Source: Octopus sinensis (lineage: Eukaryota). Taken from it: a DNA stretch of 64,000 bases. Below, piece by piece: positions 63,680 through 64,000 of the stretch (positions are counted from its first letter, which is position 1; each line of letters begins with the position of its first letter). The DNA lies in NCBI RefSeq assembly GCF_006345805.1, contig NC_043001.1, positions 32,426,001 to 32,490,000 on the forward strand, given 5' to 3'. The position numbers were made by a program, and so were the translations under genes. The notes beneath the pieces are model-generated. The model worked only from the letters and a program-made list of their open reading frames with translations, had not been told where the DNA came from and searched no databases.

Positions 63680-63865
63680 CGTGTGTACAGTTGGCGATTT
63701 TTTCCCTCCGTCTTCCCTTCTTTGGATCTTACCTTTCCTATGTTTCTGACGAAGAAACGTTAAACCCTCCTTCTTTCCTGAGCGTCCAATAATACTATAC
63801 TTGTTCCACGTCCTCGCGTTGTTGTGTTTTCTCTTTGTGTTTTCATGTTTGGATTAACTTTATAA
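63680..63865 (+). mobile_element. P1 terminal repeat, reverse orientation, hammerhead lacking stem II
   Basis: Reverse complement of the 428-655 family. GTTT-CTGACGA-A-GAAA-CG-TT-AAAC at 63742-63765. Confidence 0.72.
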
Positions 63866-63908
<43 letters not shown>

Positions 63909-64000
63909 ATATATTGGTATCAATTTGTAATAACTTAATTATCTAAATAGTTAAATGCTAAATCAGTCTGTTTAACGTATAATTCATAAATCCTTAATTA

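Overview
This is repeat-saturated, AT-rich animal genomic DNA, most likely from an octopus. That assignment rests only on my recognising the tRNA-derived SINE families and microsatellite load, not on a database search. I found no confidently supportable host gene, rRNA, true tRNA or CRISPR array, and almost every ORF in the track is a translation of simple repeats. The window holds about 18 copies or fragments of a CORE-type SINE with an internal microsatellite (family A), about 16 of a second SINE that occurs as monomers to trimers (family B), and two copies of a third SINE (family C). It also holds a decayed Tc1 transposon, two Helitron/Helentron-type non-autonomous elements, several MITEs and foldbacks, four RLE-type and one or two RTE-type LINE 3' fragments, a Penelope GIY-YIG remnant, and a 100-N assembly gap (63451-63550). 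The most interesting layer is a set of at least 9 minimal hammerhead-ribozyme motifs of the Penelope type. Some have canonical cores, some share non-canonical cores, and several are embedded in local inverted duplications. Other leads are TSD-flanked SINE multimers, an RLE LINE embedded in (CATA)n, a 51-aa candidate small ORF and a strand-asymmetric C-depleted segment. Coordinates were read by hand and may be off by a few bases.
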